From an uncultured delta proteobacterium (GTDB taxonomy: Bacteria; Desulfobacterota; Binatia; HRBIN30; BPIQ01): a stretch of DNA of 64,000 nt. The number at the start of each line of letters is the position of its first letter. Within the stretch, counting starts at the first letter, position 1. The stretch spans positions 1 through 64,000 of the forward strand of contig CAVXGR010000018.1 in the NCBI GenBank assembly GCA_963761335.1. The letters run 5' to 3'. Below the pieces are notes generated by a model, which was not told the origin of the DNA, ran no database searches, and worked only from the letters and a program-made list of their open reading frames with translations. The position numbers and the translations under genes were made by a program. Below, piece after piece: positions 55,442-64,000 of this stretch.

Positions 55442-57073
55442 ATGGATCAGACGCTGAAGCGGGTCGCTGCGCTGGTCGGTTCCGGAGACGTGGAGAGCCG
55501 CTGCGCGGCGCTGCTGGTGCTGACGCAGCTGGGCAGCGACGAGGCACCGGTCATCGATGCCGTGGCCGAAGCGCTGCGGGCGCCCAACGTGGTGGTCCGC
55601 GACTTCGCTCTCACCTACCTGGAGGGCATTCGCCCCAAGGCGGGGCTGCAACACCTGTTGCCGCTGCTCGACAGCGAGGACGACTCGCTGCGTCACCGCG
55701 CCGCCGCGGTCATCGCCGCCTACGGCGCCGCCGCCATCGCCGCCGTCAGGAAGCGGCGGGCCGAGGCGCCGCGCCGGCGCCTGAACGCCATCGTCGAGAT
55801 CGCCGGGCAGGTGCGCACCGCGGCGGCGTACGAGCTGCTCTTCGAGATCATGGCGCAGGGCGACTTTGAGACCAACCGCCTCGCCGGCGACGCCCTCGAG
55901 GCCGCGGTGCGCGACATGGACAGCCGCGCCCGCGGCGAGATCTACACCCGGGTCGACGCCTTCGCCGCGGTGGCGAAGGGCGAACGCGTACCGCTGGTCT
56001 CCGCCCTCAAGCTCTTCGGGGCGCTCGGCGATCGCCGCTGCCGGCGCCGCCTCTTCGGCCTGCTCGGGCGCGAGCAGCCGCATGCCGTGCGCACCCACGC
56101 GCTCGCCGCCCTGGTGCAGTGTCTGCGCGGCGAGTCGCTCAACGGCGGAGAGATCGATCTCCTCCTGCCCCTGCTCGAGGAGGATGACGAGGCGGGCATT
56201 CTGCGTCCGGCGATCACTCTCCTCGAGGACCAGTCTCTCGACCGCCGTCACCTCGAACGCCTGCAGCAGCTGGCGGAGAGCCCGGAGGCGGCGGTGAAGC
56301 GGTTCGCGGTTCACAAGCTCGGCAGCTTCGATTCCGGCGCCGTGGTGCGCAAGCTCATTGGCTACCTCAGCGATGCCAGCTTCGCTCGCCGCGATGAGGC
56401 GGCCGCCGGGCTGAAGAAGACGCCGGCGGCGCGGCCACTGCTGATGAAGGAGCTGCTGGCCTGCGACGAGGAGCGGCGTGCCTGGACGCTGGCCGACATC
56501 CTGCTCGCCCACGACCGCAGCTGGCGCAAGGACGTGCGCGAGCAGCTGTGGGCACGGCTCGCCGAAGCGCTCGAAGGCCGCGAGGACCGCCTCTACAGCG
56601 CCTACTTCCATTTTCTGCGCGAAATCGGTGAGGATGCCGTGCTGGCGCGGATCCGCGAGCGCGGCGACAAGCTGCGGCAGAAGAAGAAGTTCGCCGAGGC
56701 GGCGCGCTGGCTGGGCCTGCTGCGCGACACGCCCGGGTTCGACGAGGAGGCGCGCTACGCGCTGGCAATCGCCGATCTCAAGTCGCGCAAGCATCTTCTC
56801 ACCGGTGCGGTGCGCCGCCACGACGCCGCCCTCGACCTCCTGCGCGATCTCGGTCGCGGCGCCTTTCCCGTCGCCGAGCGCCTGCGCAAGGACCGGAGCC
56901 TGGCGCCGGAGGAGCTGTTCTTCGTCGGCTTCAACTTCGCCGAGGGATCGGCGGAGGAGCGCGCCGTCGGCGCCGAGGTTCTCGAGCACGTCGCCGGCAA
57001 GTTCGGCCGCACCAAGACCGGCAAGGCGGCGCGCAACAAGCTGCGCCTGCTGTCGCCGTCGGTTCGCGACTGA
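55442..57073 (+). CDS. HEAT/ARM-repeat hypothetical protein
   Basis: Recurring helical units (VRDFAL, LRHRAA, VRTHAL, VKRFAV, RRDEAA). Confidence 0.75.
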   Translation: MDQTLKRVAALVGSGDVESRCAALLVLTQLGSDEAPVIDAVAEALRAPNVVVRDFALTYLEGIRPKAGLQHLLPLLDSEDDSLRHRAAAVIAAYGAAAIAAVRKRRAEAPRRRLNAIVEIAGQVRTAAAYELLFEIMAQGDFETNRLAGDALEAAVRDMDSRARGEIYTRVDAFAAVAKGERVPLVSALKLFGALGDRRCRRRLFGLLGREQPHAVRTHALAALVQCLRGESLNGGEIDLLLPLLEEDDEAGILRPAITLLEDQSLDRRHLERLQQLAESPEAAVKRFAVHKLGSFDSGAVVRKLIGYLSDASFARRDEAAAGLKKTPAARPLLMKELLACDEERRAWTLADILLAHDRSWRKDVREQLWARLAEALEGREDRLYSAYFHFLREIGEDAVLARIRERGDKLRQKKKFAEAARWLGLLRDTPGFDEEARYALAIADLKSRKHLLTGAVRRHDAALDLLRDLGRGAFPVAERLRKDRSLAPEELFFVGFNFAEGSAEERAVGAEVLEHVAGKFGRTKTGKAARNKLRLLSPSVRD

Positions 57074-57178
57074 ATTCGCCGCTCGCAAAAATCCGTGTGG
57101 CGGGCCCCCCGGGATTGGAGTAAAAGGGAGGCTCTCGAAACAGTCGCGGAGCGGCCGCCGCCGTTCCAGGAGGATTTG

Positions 57179-58156
57179 ATGAAGGCGGTGCGAATCCATC
57201 AATTCGGCGACGCCGGAGTCCTGCGCTACGAAGAGGTGGCGGATCCGCTTCCCGGTCCGGGACAGGTGTGCGTGGCGGTGCACGCCACATCGATCAACCA
57301 CGGAGATCTGGCGCGGCGCGCCGGCAACTATCCGGGGGAGGTCGCCTTTCCGCTGACGCTCGGCTGGGAGGTGGCGGGAACCATCGACGCCGTCGGCGAC
57401 GGCGTTGCTCCGGGACGCGTCGGCGAGCGCGTCGTGGCCATGGTGCCGAGCGGCGGCTACGCCGAGCGCGTGGTCACCGCCGAGGTTGCGGCGCTGCGCC
57501 TGCCGGCGAGAGTCGATTTCGACGTCGCCGCCTCGATACCCGTGGTCTTTCTCACCGCCTGGCATGCCCTGGTGGACCTCGCCGCGGTGCAGCCGCGCGA
57601 GTGGGTGCTGGTGCACGCCGGGGCCAGCGGCGTCGGCATGGCCGGCATCCAGATCGCCAAGCGCCACGGCGCCCGCGTCATCGCCACCGCGAGCACGGCG
57701 CGCAAGCTCGATTTTGCCCGCCGGCTCGGCGCCGAGGCGGCCATCAACTACGTTGAGAGCGATTTCGTCGAGGAGGTGTGGAAGCTCACCGCGGGCACCG
57801 GCGTCGACGTGGTGCTCGAATCGGTCGGCGGCGAGACGTTCGAAGAGAGCCTCGACGTGCTGCGCAACAAGGGACGGCTGGTGACCGTGGGCAACACCAT
57901 CGGCAAGAACTCCGCCGTCGATCCGTCAGCGCTCATCCGCAACAATCTCTCCATCCACGGGCTCTATCTCGGCACCTGGATCATGGAGGGAGGCGCCTGG
58001 GCGGTTCTCGCGGACATCCTCGAGCGGGTGGCCGAGGGAAGCTTTTGCGTCGAGATCGATCGGCGCTTTCCGCTGCGCCTGGCGACCGAGGCGCACGAAT
58101 ATCTTGACGCGCGGAAGAACATCGGCAAGGTGGTTTTGGAAGCGGAAAATCGGTAA
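57179..58156 (+). CDS. NADPH:quinone oxidoreductase (zeta-crystallin/MDR family)
   Basis: MKAVRIHQFG, GWEVAG, GGYAE, HAGASGVG, GKVVL; SD AGGAGG. Confidence 0.92.
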   Translation: MKAVRIHQFGDAGVLRYEEVADPLPGPGQVCVAVHATSINHGDLARRAGNYPGEVAFPLTLGWEVAGTIDAVGDGVAPGRVGERVVAMVPSGGYAERVVTAEVAALRLPARVDFDVAASIPVVFLTAWHALVDLAAVQPREWVLVHAGASGVGMAGIQIAKRHGARVIATASTARKLDFARRLGAEAAINYVESDFVEEVWKLTAGTGVDVVLESVGGETFEESLDVLRNKGRLVTVGNTIGKNSAVDPSALIRNNLSIHGLYLGTWIMEGGAWAVLADILERVAEGSFCVEIDRRFPLRLATEAHEYLDARKNIGKVVLEAENR

Positions 58157-58226
58157 CAGCGGCACGTTTAGGGACGGGCCGAACGAGCGGCCACGCGATG
58201 ATGATGAGGCCACGCGGAGGACGGAC

Positions 58227-59786
58227 GTGAAGATCTATCTGATTGCCCCGAAAAACCCGGAATCGTTCTGGACCTTCGACCGCATTCTGCAGAGCCTGAA
58301 GAAGAAATGCGTCTTTCCGAACCTCTCCTTGCCGACGGTCGCCGGTCTGACGCCGCCGCCGCACGAGGTGGTGCTCTGCGACGAGAACGTCGATGAGGTC
58401 GACTTCGATACCGACGCCGACATCGTCGGCATCACTGGCTACGTCATCCACAAGAAGCGCATCTTCGAGCTCGCCGACGAGTTCCGCCGCCGCGGCAAGT
58501 TCGTGGTCGCCGGTGGGCCGTTCGCGTCCTTGTGCCCGGAAGAGCTGCGCGGCAAGGTCGACGTCCTCTTCGTCGACGAAGCCGAGTACACCTGGCCGCA
58601 GTTCCTGCGCGATTACGAGGAGGGAGGCTGGCAGCCGGAGTACCACCAGGCCGAGAAGCCGAGCATGCACGACTCGCCGCTGCCGCGCTTCGACCTGCTG
58701 CGCGTCGACTCCTACCGCACCATGACCATCCAGTTCGCGCGCGGCTGCCCGTTCAATTGCGAGTTCTGCGACATCATCGTCATGTACGGCCGGCGGCCGC
58801 GTACCAAGTCGGTGGAGCAGGTGATGGCCGAGGTGCGCGAGATCCATCGCCTCGGTATTCGCAACATCTTCGTGGTCGACGACAACTTCATCGGCAACAA
58901 GAAGGAGGCGAAGCAGCTGCTCAGCGCCTTGGCCGACTGGCAGCGCGGCAACGGCTACCCCATCGAGTTCATGACCGAGGTGACCCTCAACATTGCCCAG
59001 GACGAGGAGCTGCTCGGCCTGATGAAGCAGGCGCACTTCACCACCATCTTCGTCGGCATCGAGTCGCCGCGAAAGGCGAGCCTGCAGGAGACCAAGAAGA
59101 CGCAGAACATGCGCGACGACATCCTCACCTCGGTGCACCGGATCCAGAACGCCGGCATCGAGGTGATGGCGGGGATGATCGTCGGCTTCGACAACGACGA
59201 CGTGTCGATCTTCGAGGAGCAGTTTCGCTTCATCCAGGATGCCCGTATCCCGATCTCCATGACCGGCATGCTCAACGCCGTGCCCAAGACGCCCCTCTAC
59301 AGCCGGCTCAAGAAGGCGGGGCGGCTGATTGCCGAGTCCGTGGGAGATCAGTTCGTCTTCACCAACATCGTGCCCGAGAGCATGTCGCTGGTGGAGCTCT
59401 ACGAGGGCTACAGGCAGCTGCTGCACCGCCTCTACGACTACCGCAACTACCGCCGGCGGACGATGGCGTTGATCCTCAACAAGGGGGCCATGCTCGAGTC
59501 GCGGCTGCTCGCCGGCCGCAGCGACGTGCAGCTCCTGCTGCGCATCCTCTGGACTTGCATCCTGCGGGCCTCGCCGCGGCGCGCCTGGCTGACCGTGTCG
59601 ATGATTCTGGAGACGGCGCTGCGGCGCCCGAAGGCTCTGCGCGACGCGGTCACCCTGGCGCTCATCCACAAGCACCTCTACGAGTACATGCGCGACATCT
59701 CGCGCCAGCTCGACACCCTGATCGGGGAGCTCAAGGCGCTGCCCGAAGGTCAGATCGCCGCGCCGGTGAGCGAGCCAGTCGGCTGA
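58227..59786 (+). CDS. B12-binding domain radical SAM protein (class B methyltransferase-like, DUF4070-type tail)
   Basis: LPTVAGLTP, DENV, GGPFAS, RGCPFNCEFC, VDDNF, FVGIES, GMIVGFD. Confidence 0.9.
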   Translation: MKIYLIAPKNPESFWTFDRILQSLKKKCVFPNLSLPTVAGLTPPPHEVVLCDENVDEVDFDTDADIVGITGYVIHKKRIFELADEFRRRGKFVVAGGPFASLCPEELRGKVDVLFVDEAEYTWPQFLRDYEEGGWQPEYHQAEKPSMHDSPLPRFDLLRVDSYRTMTIQFARGCPFNCEFCDIIVMYGRRPRTKSVEQVMAEVREIHRLGIRNIFVVDDNFIGNKKEAKQLLSALADWQRGNGYPIEFMTEVTLNIAQDEELLGLMKQAHFTTIFVGIESPRKASLQETKKTQNMRDDILTSVHRIQNAGIEVMAGMIVGFDNDDVSIFEEQFRFIQDARIPISMTGMLNAVPKTPLYSRLKKAGRLIAESVGDQFVFTNIVPESMSLVELYEGYRQLLHRLYDYRNYRRRTMALILNKGAMLESRLLAGRSDVQLLLRILWTCILRASPRRAWLTVSMILETALRRPKALRDAVTLALIHKHLYEYMRDISRQLDTLIGELKALPEGQIAAPVSEPVG

Positions 59787-59860
59787 GCGCGCAGCGCGCG
59801 CGGTGGATGGGTTCTCGGGTGCAAACCGGTTAACCCATCAACCCGCCAACCTGTATCCGA

Positions 59861-60709
59861 TCAACCGGCGCCGCGGCCGCGGCGCAGGCGCTCGGCGACG
59901 CGGCAGGCGTCCACGGTCTCGGCGACGTCGTGGGCGCGCACTGCGTCGGCGCCGTTGAAGACGGCGATGGCGGCGGCGGCAAGCGAACCGGAAAGCCGCG
60001 CCTCGGTTTCGCGGCGGCCGGTGAGCTTGCCGATGAAGGTCTTGCGCGACACGCCGATCAGCAGGGGACGGCCGAGGGCGTGTAGCCCCTGTAGGCCACA
60101 GAGCACGGCGACGTCGAACTCGTCCCAGGGCACCCGGGCGCGGCGGAAGAAGCCGATTCCCGGATCGAGGACGATCCTCTCGCGGGGAATGCCAGCGCTG
60201 GCGGCGCGCTCCAGGCTGGCACGCAGGAGGCGCGCGCACAGGTCGAGCGGCGGCTCGTCCGTTGGCCCTTCCTCGCACGCCATGAGGATGACGCCCGCTG
60301 CCTGCGCCGCGACGTCGGCCATCGCTGGATCGGCGCGCAGGCCGCTGGTGTCGTTGATGACGCGCGCCCCCGCCGCCAATGCCGCCGCCGCCACCGAGGC
60401 GCGCCGGGTATCCGCGGAAACCGGTACGGAGACGGCGCCCACCACCGCCGCCACGGCTTCCTCCAGGCGCCGGCGTTCCTCCTCTTCGGCGACCTCGGTG
60501 TCGAGATAGGGCGCCGTGGACATGGCGCCAATGTCGATCAGGTCGGCGCCCTCGTCCGCGAGGCGCCGTGCCTGGGCGCGGATGGCCGCGGCGCCAGTGC
60601 GGACCGACGGCTGATGGAACGATTCCGGGCTGACGTTGAGCACCGCGACGACGCGCACCGGTTCGCCGCCGCCGATTCCGACCCCTGCGAGGCTGGCGCC
60701 AAGCTCCAT
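59861..60709 (-). CDS. folP: Dihydropteroate synthase
   Basis: LNVSPESF, GADLIDIG, SADT, INDTSG, LDPGIGF, GVSRKTF, VRAHDV. Confidence 0.92.
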   Translation of the reverse strand: MELGASLAGVGIGGGEPVRVVAVLNVSPESFHQPSVRTGAAAIRAQARRLADEGADLIDIGAMSTAPYLDTEVAEEEERRRLEEAVAAVVGAVSVPVSADTRRASVAAAALAAGARVINDTSGLRADPAMADVAAQAAGVILMACEEGPTDEPPLDLCARLLRASLERAASAGIPRERIVLDPGIGFFRRARVPWDEFDVAVLCGLQGLHALGRPLLIGVSRKTFIGKLTGRRETEARLSGSLAAAAIAVFNGADAVRAHDVAETVDACRVAERLRRGRGAG

Positions 60710-60753
60710 GGCTCGGTCAAAACCCCACCCGGTGGCGCTGTCAAGGACGTTTC

Positions 60754-60786
60754 GGTCGTGGGTCGTTTTGAAAACGGGCCACGACC
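60754..60786. promoter_or_regulatory. Imperfect palindrome (candidate operator) between divergent folP and the CoA-transferase gene
   Basis: GGTCGTGGGTCGTTTT-G-AAAACGGGCCACGACC, 14 of 16 positions complementary. Confidence 0.4.
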
Positions 60787-60846
60787 AATGTTTCGGTTGA
60801 AAGCCGCCGGCCCCGGTGTCATTAGCGAGGGCTCAGGAGGGAGCGC

Positions 60847-62049
60847 ATGGCCGGTCCACTCGAGGGAGTTCGCGTCATCGACATGGGTTTCTGGGTGGCC
60901 GGACCGGCGGCCGCCGGCATCCTGGCGGACTGGGGTGCCGACGTCATCAAGATCGAGCCGCCGGACGGCGATCCCTTCCGCGGCCTGTTCACCGTCGCCG
61001 CCGGCGCCGAGCTGCCGATCAATCCTCCGTTCGAGCTCGACAACCGCGGCAAGCGCAGTGTGGCGCTGAACCTGCAAACGGAGGACGGCCGCGAGCTCGC
61101 CCGCCGCCTGATCGACTCCGCCGACGTGTTCGTCACCAACCTGCGCTACACGGCGCTGGACCGGCTGGGGCTGGGGGCCGGCGCGCTGCGCCGCCGCAAC
61201 CCGGCGCTGATCTACTGCAACGTCAGCGGTTACGGCACTGCCGGTGCCGATCGCGGCCGCGCCGCCTACGACATCGGCGCCTTCTGGTCGCGCACCGGTC
61301 TGGCTCTGGCGCTGGTACCGCCCGGGGGAGAGCCGCCGCAGCAGCGCGGTGGCATCGGCGATCACTCCACCGCGCTCAGCGCCGCCGCCGCCATCTGCGC
61401 CGCCCTGTACGCTCGGGAGCGCAGCGGCGCCGGCCAGTTCCTGTCGACCTCGCTGCTGCGCACCGGGCTCTACGTGCTCGGCTGGGACGTGAGCATTCGC
61501 CTGCGCTTCGGCCGCATCGACCCGCCCTACGACCGCTTCGGAGTCCCCAACCCTCTGGTGAACTGCTATCGTGCCGGTGACGGCAAATGGTTCTGGCTGC
61601 TGGGTCTCCAAGGCGATCGCCACTGGCCCGATCTGCTGCGCGCCATCGCCCGGCCGGAGCTGGCCGCCGATCCCCGCTTCGGCGACATTCGCGTGCGCCG
61701 CCAGAACAACGCCGCCTGCGTGCGCATCCTCGACGAGGTCTTTGCGGCGCGCCCGTTTGCCGAGTGGTGTGACGCCTTCGACGAGGCGGGTATGTGGTGG
61801 GCGCCGGTGCAGACCGTCGACGAGGCGGTGCAAGATCCGCAGGTGCGGGCCGCCGGCGCCCTCGTGCGCGTACCGGCGGAGGAGGGTGAGGTGGAGATGT
61901 TGGCTTCTCCCGTCGATTTCGGCGAGGCTCCGTGGCGGGCTCAGGGGGCCACCCCGGAGCTCGGCCAACACACCGAGGAGGTCCTGCTCCAGCTCGGCCT
62001 CGACTGGGAGCAGATCGCGGCGCTGAAGGATCGCGGCGCCATCCCCTAG
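60847..62049 (+). CDS. CaiB/BaiF family III CoA-transferase
   Basis: GPLEGVRVID, GADVIKIEPP.GD, NRGKRS, ADVFVTN, GD, PELGQHT. Confidence 0.95.
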   Translation: MAGPLEGVRVIDMGFWVAGPAAAGILADWGADVIKIEPPDGDPFRGLFTVAAGAELPINPPFELDNRGKRSVALNLQTEDGRELARRLIDSADVFVTNLRYTALDRLGLGAGALRRRNPALIYCNVSGYGTAGADRGRAAYDIGAFWSRTGLALALVPPGGEPPQQRGGIGDHSTALSAAAAICAALYARERSGAGQFLSTSLLRTGLYVLGWDVSIRLRFGRIDPPYDRFGVPNPLVNCYRAGDGKWFWLLGLQGDRHWPDLLRAIARPELAADPRFGDIRVRRQNNAACVRILDEVFAARPFAEWCDAFDEAGMWWAPVQTVDEAVQDPQVRAAGALVRVPAEEGEVEMLASPVDFGEAPWRAQGATPELGQHTEEVLLQLGLDWEQIAALKDRGAIP

Positions 62050-62168
62050 ACGGGGCGCCTCGCCTCCGGATGAAAAAGACGGCCGGCGCGGCAAGCTGGC
62101 GGAGCTCCGCGGGAAAAAGGAAGACGGAGCGGTTTGTGGTTTGCCCTAACCGGGGAGTCTGGCTATGC

Positions 62169-62199
62169 TTGACAACGGGCCCAAGAGCTGTGTTAGAGG
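62169..62199 (+). promoter_or_regulatory. Candidate sigma-70 promoter for ompA
   Basis: Perfect TTGACA at 62169 with a weak -10 (tgttagag) about 17-19 nt downstream. Confidence 0.3.
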
Positions 62200-62256
62200 C
62201 CATGGGGTAAAGGGGCGCGGTCGTGCACCGCGCGAGCTGGGAACCAGGAGAGGGAC

Positions 62257-63501
62257 ATGAATGCACTCAGGCGGTCGGTGTGCGCGTTGGCGTTGGTGGT
62301 GGTGGGCGCAGCCAGTCTTCATGCGGCGGAGGTCACGGACAGGTTCCGCTCGGCTCCGTTCCACGTTCAGCCCGGATTCTCCGGGAACTACCTGAAGGAT
62401 TCGGCGACGGTCGACACCCATCAGTTCCGCGGCGAGTTCTTCGGCAGCGCCATTCCCCATTTTCATCGGCTCGAGGTCCGCTACTACGACTTCGTCGCCA
62501 GCTACGGCATCCTGCCCAACGCCGAGATCGGCGTGGCCTTCCCGCTGCTCGACCTGGTGCCCGAGGAGGGCGGCCTGTCCTCGGAGCTCGGCGTCGGCGA
62601 TCTGAGCCCCTACATCAAGTACAAGGTGGTGCATCAGGAGCATTTCAGCCTGACCGGCGGCTTCGAGGCGCAGGTCTCGACCTCCAAGGACAACCACGGC
62701 GTGCTCTGTGACTTCAGCAACACCGTCTGCCATTTCGGCTTCCCGGAGAACGGCTACAATCCCTTCGCCTCGTTCCGCGTCACCGGCGGTCCCTTGGCCT
62801 TCGGCGGCCACGCCGGCTACACCTTGTACGACGGCAGCCTTGGCGACGTTCTCAACTACGACGCCAACACCATCTGGGCGATCACCGACAACTTCGCCGC
62901 CCGCGTCGAGCTGACCGGCTACAACCAGTTGAAGGGGAAGAGCCAGGACATTCTCTCCGTCGCTCCCGGCCTCGACCTGGTGGTCGGCCACGCGACCTTC
63001 CGCGTCGCCGGCTTCAAGGGCATCACCGACGATGCCGCTGACTGGGGAATCGGCGGCGGCATTGCCCTCACCTTCGGCGGCGGCAAGAAGGAGATGCCGC
63101 CTGCGGTGGCTGCGGCGCCGCCTCCGCCTGCGCCCACACCGGAGCCGATGCCGCCGGCGAAGAAGAAGATCGTGCTGCGCAGCGTCCACTTCGACTTCGA
63201 CAAGGCCACCATTCGTTCGGACGCCAAGCCCATCCTCGACGAGGCGGTGGAGACGCTGAAGAAAGAAGCCACCACCGAGGCGGTGATCGTTGCCGGCCAC
63301 ACCGACAGCGTCGGCACCGACGCCTACAACATGAAGCTGTCGCGGCGCCGCGCCGAGTCCGTGCGCAACTATCTCGCCAGCCACGGCATCGCCGGCGATC
63401 GCATCCGCGTCGAGGCCTTCGGCGAGTCGCAGCCGGTGGCCAGCAACGATACCGCCGACGGCCGCGCCCAGAACCGCCGGGTGGAGCTGCGCCTCGAGTA
63501 G
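62257..63501 (+). CDS. OmpA-family outer membrane protein (beta-barrel, Pro linker, peptidoglycan-binding domain)
   Basis: Signal peptide; amphipathic strands; FDFDKA, GHTDSVG, YNMKLSRRRAESV, GRAQNRRVE. Confidence 0.93.
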   Translation: MNALRRSVCALALVVVGAASLHAAEVTDRFRSAPFHVQPGFSGNYLKDSATVDTHQFRGEFFGSAIPHFHRLEVRYYDFVASYGILPNAEIGVAFPLLDLVPEEGGLSSELGVGDLSPYIKYKVVHQEHFSLTGGFEAQVSTSKDNHGVLCDFSNTVCHFGFPENGYNPFASFRVTGGPLAFGGHAGYTLYDGSLGDVLNYDANTIWAITDNFAARVELTGYNQLKGKSQDILSVAPGLDLVVGHATFRVAGFKGITDDAADWGIGGGIALTFGGGKKEMPPAVAAAPPPPAPTPEPMPPAKKKIVLRSVHFDFDKATIRSDAKPILDEAVETLKKEATTEAVIVAGHTDSVGTDAYNMKLSRRRAESVRNYLASHGIAGDRIRVEAFGESQPVASNDTADGRAQNRRVELRLE

Positions 63502-63550
63502 CGCTCCGCGGAAGGACGATGCGGAGGGGCGAGTTTTGCCCTTCCGCGGC

Positions 63551-63580
63551 AAAGGGCGGGCCATCGAGCCCGCCCTTTCT
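63551..63580 (+). terminator. Intrinsic terminator (possibly bidirectional) after ompA
   Basis: AAAGGGCGGGC-CATCGA-GCCCGCCCTTT-CT; a second hairpin at about 63521-63546 precedes it. Confidence 0.65.
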
Positions 63581-63693
63581 CGTTTGGCGGCCCCCCCGAC
63601 TCGCGGTCGCCGACGCCCGGTGGTACACTGCCGGCCGCCAGCCGCGGCGGCCGAGCGCGGCGCGACACAACCGAGAGAAATGGAGGGTCAGTG

Positions 63694-64000
63694 ATGCAGG
63701 ACATCCGCTTCGACGACATCGAAGGTCTGAAGGCGAAGATCAGCGACGAGTACAGCGACTGGGGCCCGGAGGTCGAGGTCTCGCAGGACATGATCAACAA
63801 GTTCGCGGACCTCACCGGCGACCATCAATGGATTCACGTGGACGTCGAGCGCGCCAAGCGCGAGAGCCCGTTTCGCACCACTATCGCCCACGGCTTTCTG
63901 ACCCTGAGCCTGCTGCCAGTGCTGCGCGCCGGCAGCGACTACCGTGTTACCGGCTACGGCAACGCCACCAACTACGGGGCCGACAAGCTCCGCTTCGTGA
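63694..64000 (+). CDS. MaoC-family dehydratase; truncated by window end
   Basis: INKFADLTGDHQWIHVD, TIAHGFLTLSL, NYGADKLRF. Confidence 0.92.
   Translation, partial: MQDIRFDDIEGLKAKISDEYSDWGPEVEVSQDMINKFADLTGDHQWIHVDVERAKRESPFRTTIAHGFLTLSLLPVLRAGSDYRVTGYGNATNYGADKLRFV

Noticed and set aside
59800..59860. AACCC(ATC/GCC) short repeats between the radical SAM and folP stops
   Set aside because: Only about three degenerate units; too weak to call.

Overview
High-GC bacterial chromosomal window with about 45 genes. The gene content (F420-type LLM enzymes, ccr, Cys-rich/PT-linker secreted proteins) is suggestive of Candidatus Binatia/deltaproteobacteria-like organisms; this is inference only. Recognisable modules: a feoB / Cys-rich peptide / DtxR-FeoA iron operon, an orphan PilB/GspE ATPase fused to a receiver domain, ClC + acvB + mprF, recCBD, rfbA-rfbC, a TusA + 4xPAS kinase pair, a UvrD-family helicase, a large S8 protease, ccr, an L,D-transpeptidase, a B12 radical SAM, an archaeal-looking folP and ompA. 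Four genes (clc, recB, recD, the CoA-transferase tail) carry frameshifts that look like uncorrected indel errors. I recognised no rRNA, tRNA, CRISPR array or transposase. Intergenic DNA holds several dispersed palindromic repeat families, including five GTAG-type REP doublets. The best candidate for an undescribed system is a P-loop ATPase/winged-helix protein fused to a divergent class III nucleotidyl cyclase (39182-41233). The second candidate is a glycosyltransferase / double-AhpD / membrane adenylate cyclase operon (28881-32182). All family calls come from motif reading by eye; no database searches were run.
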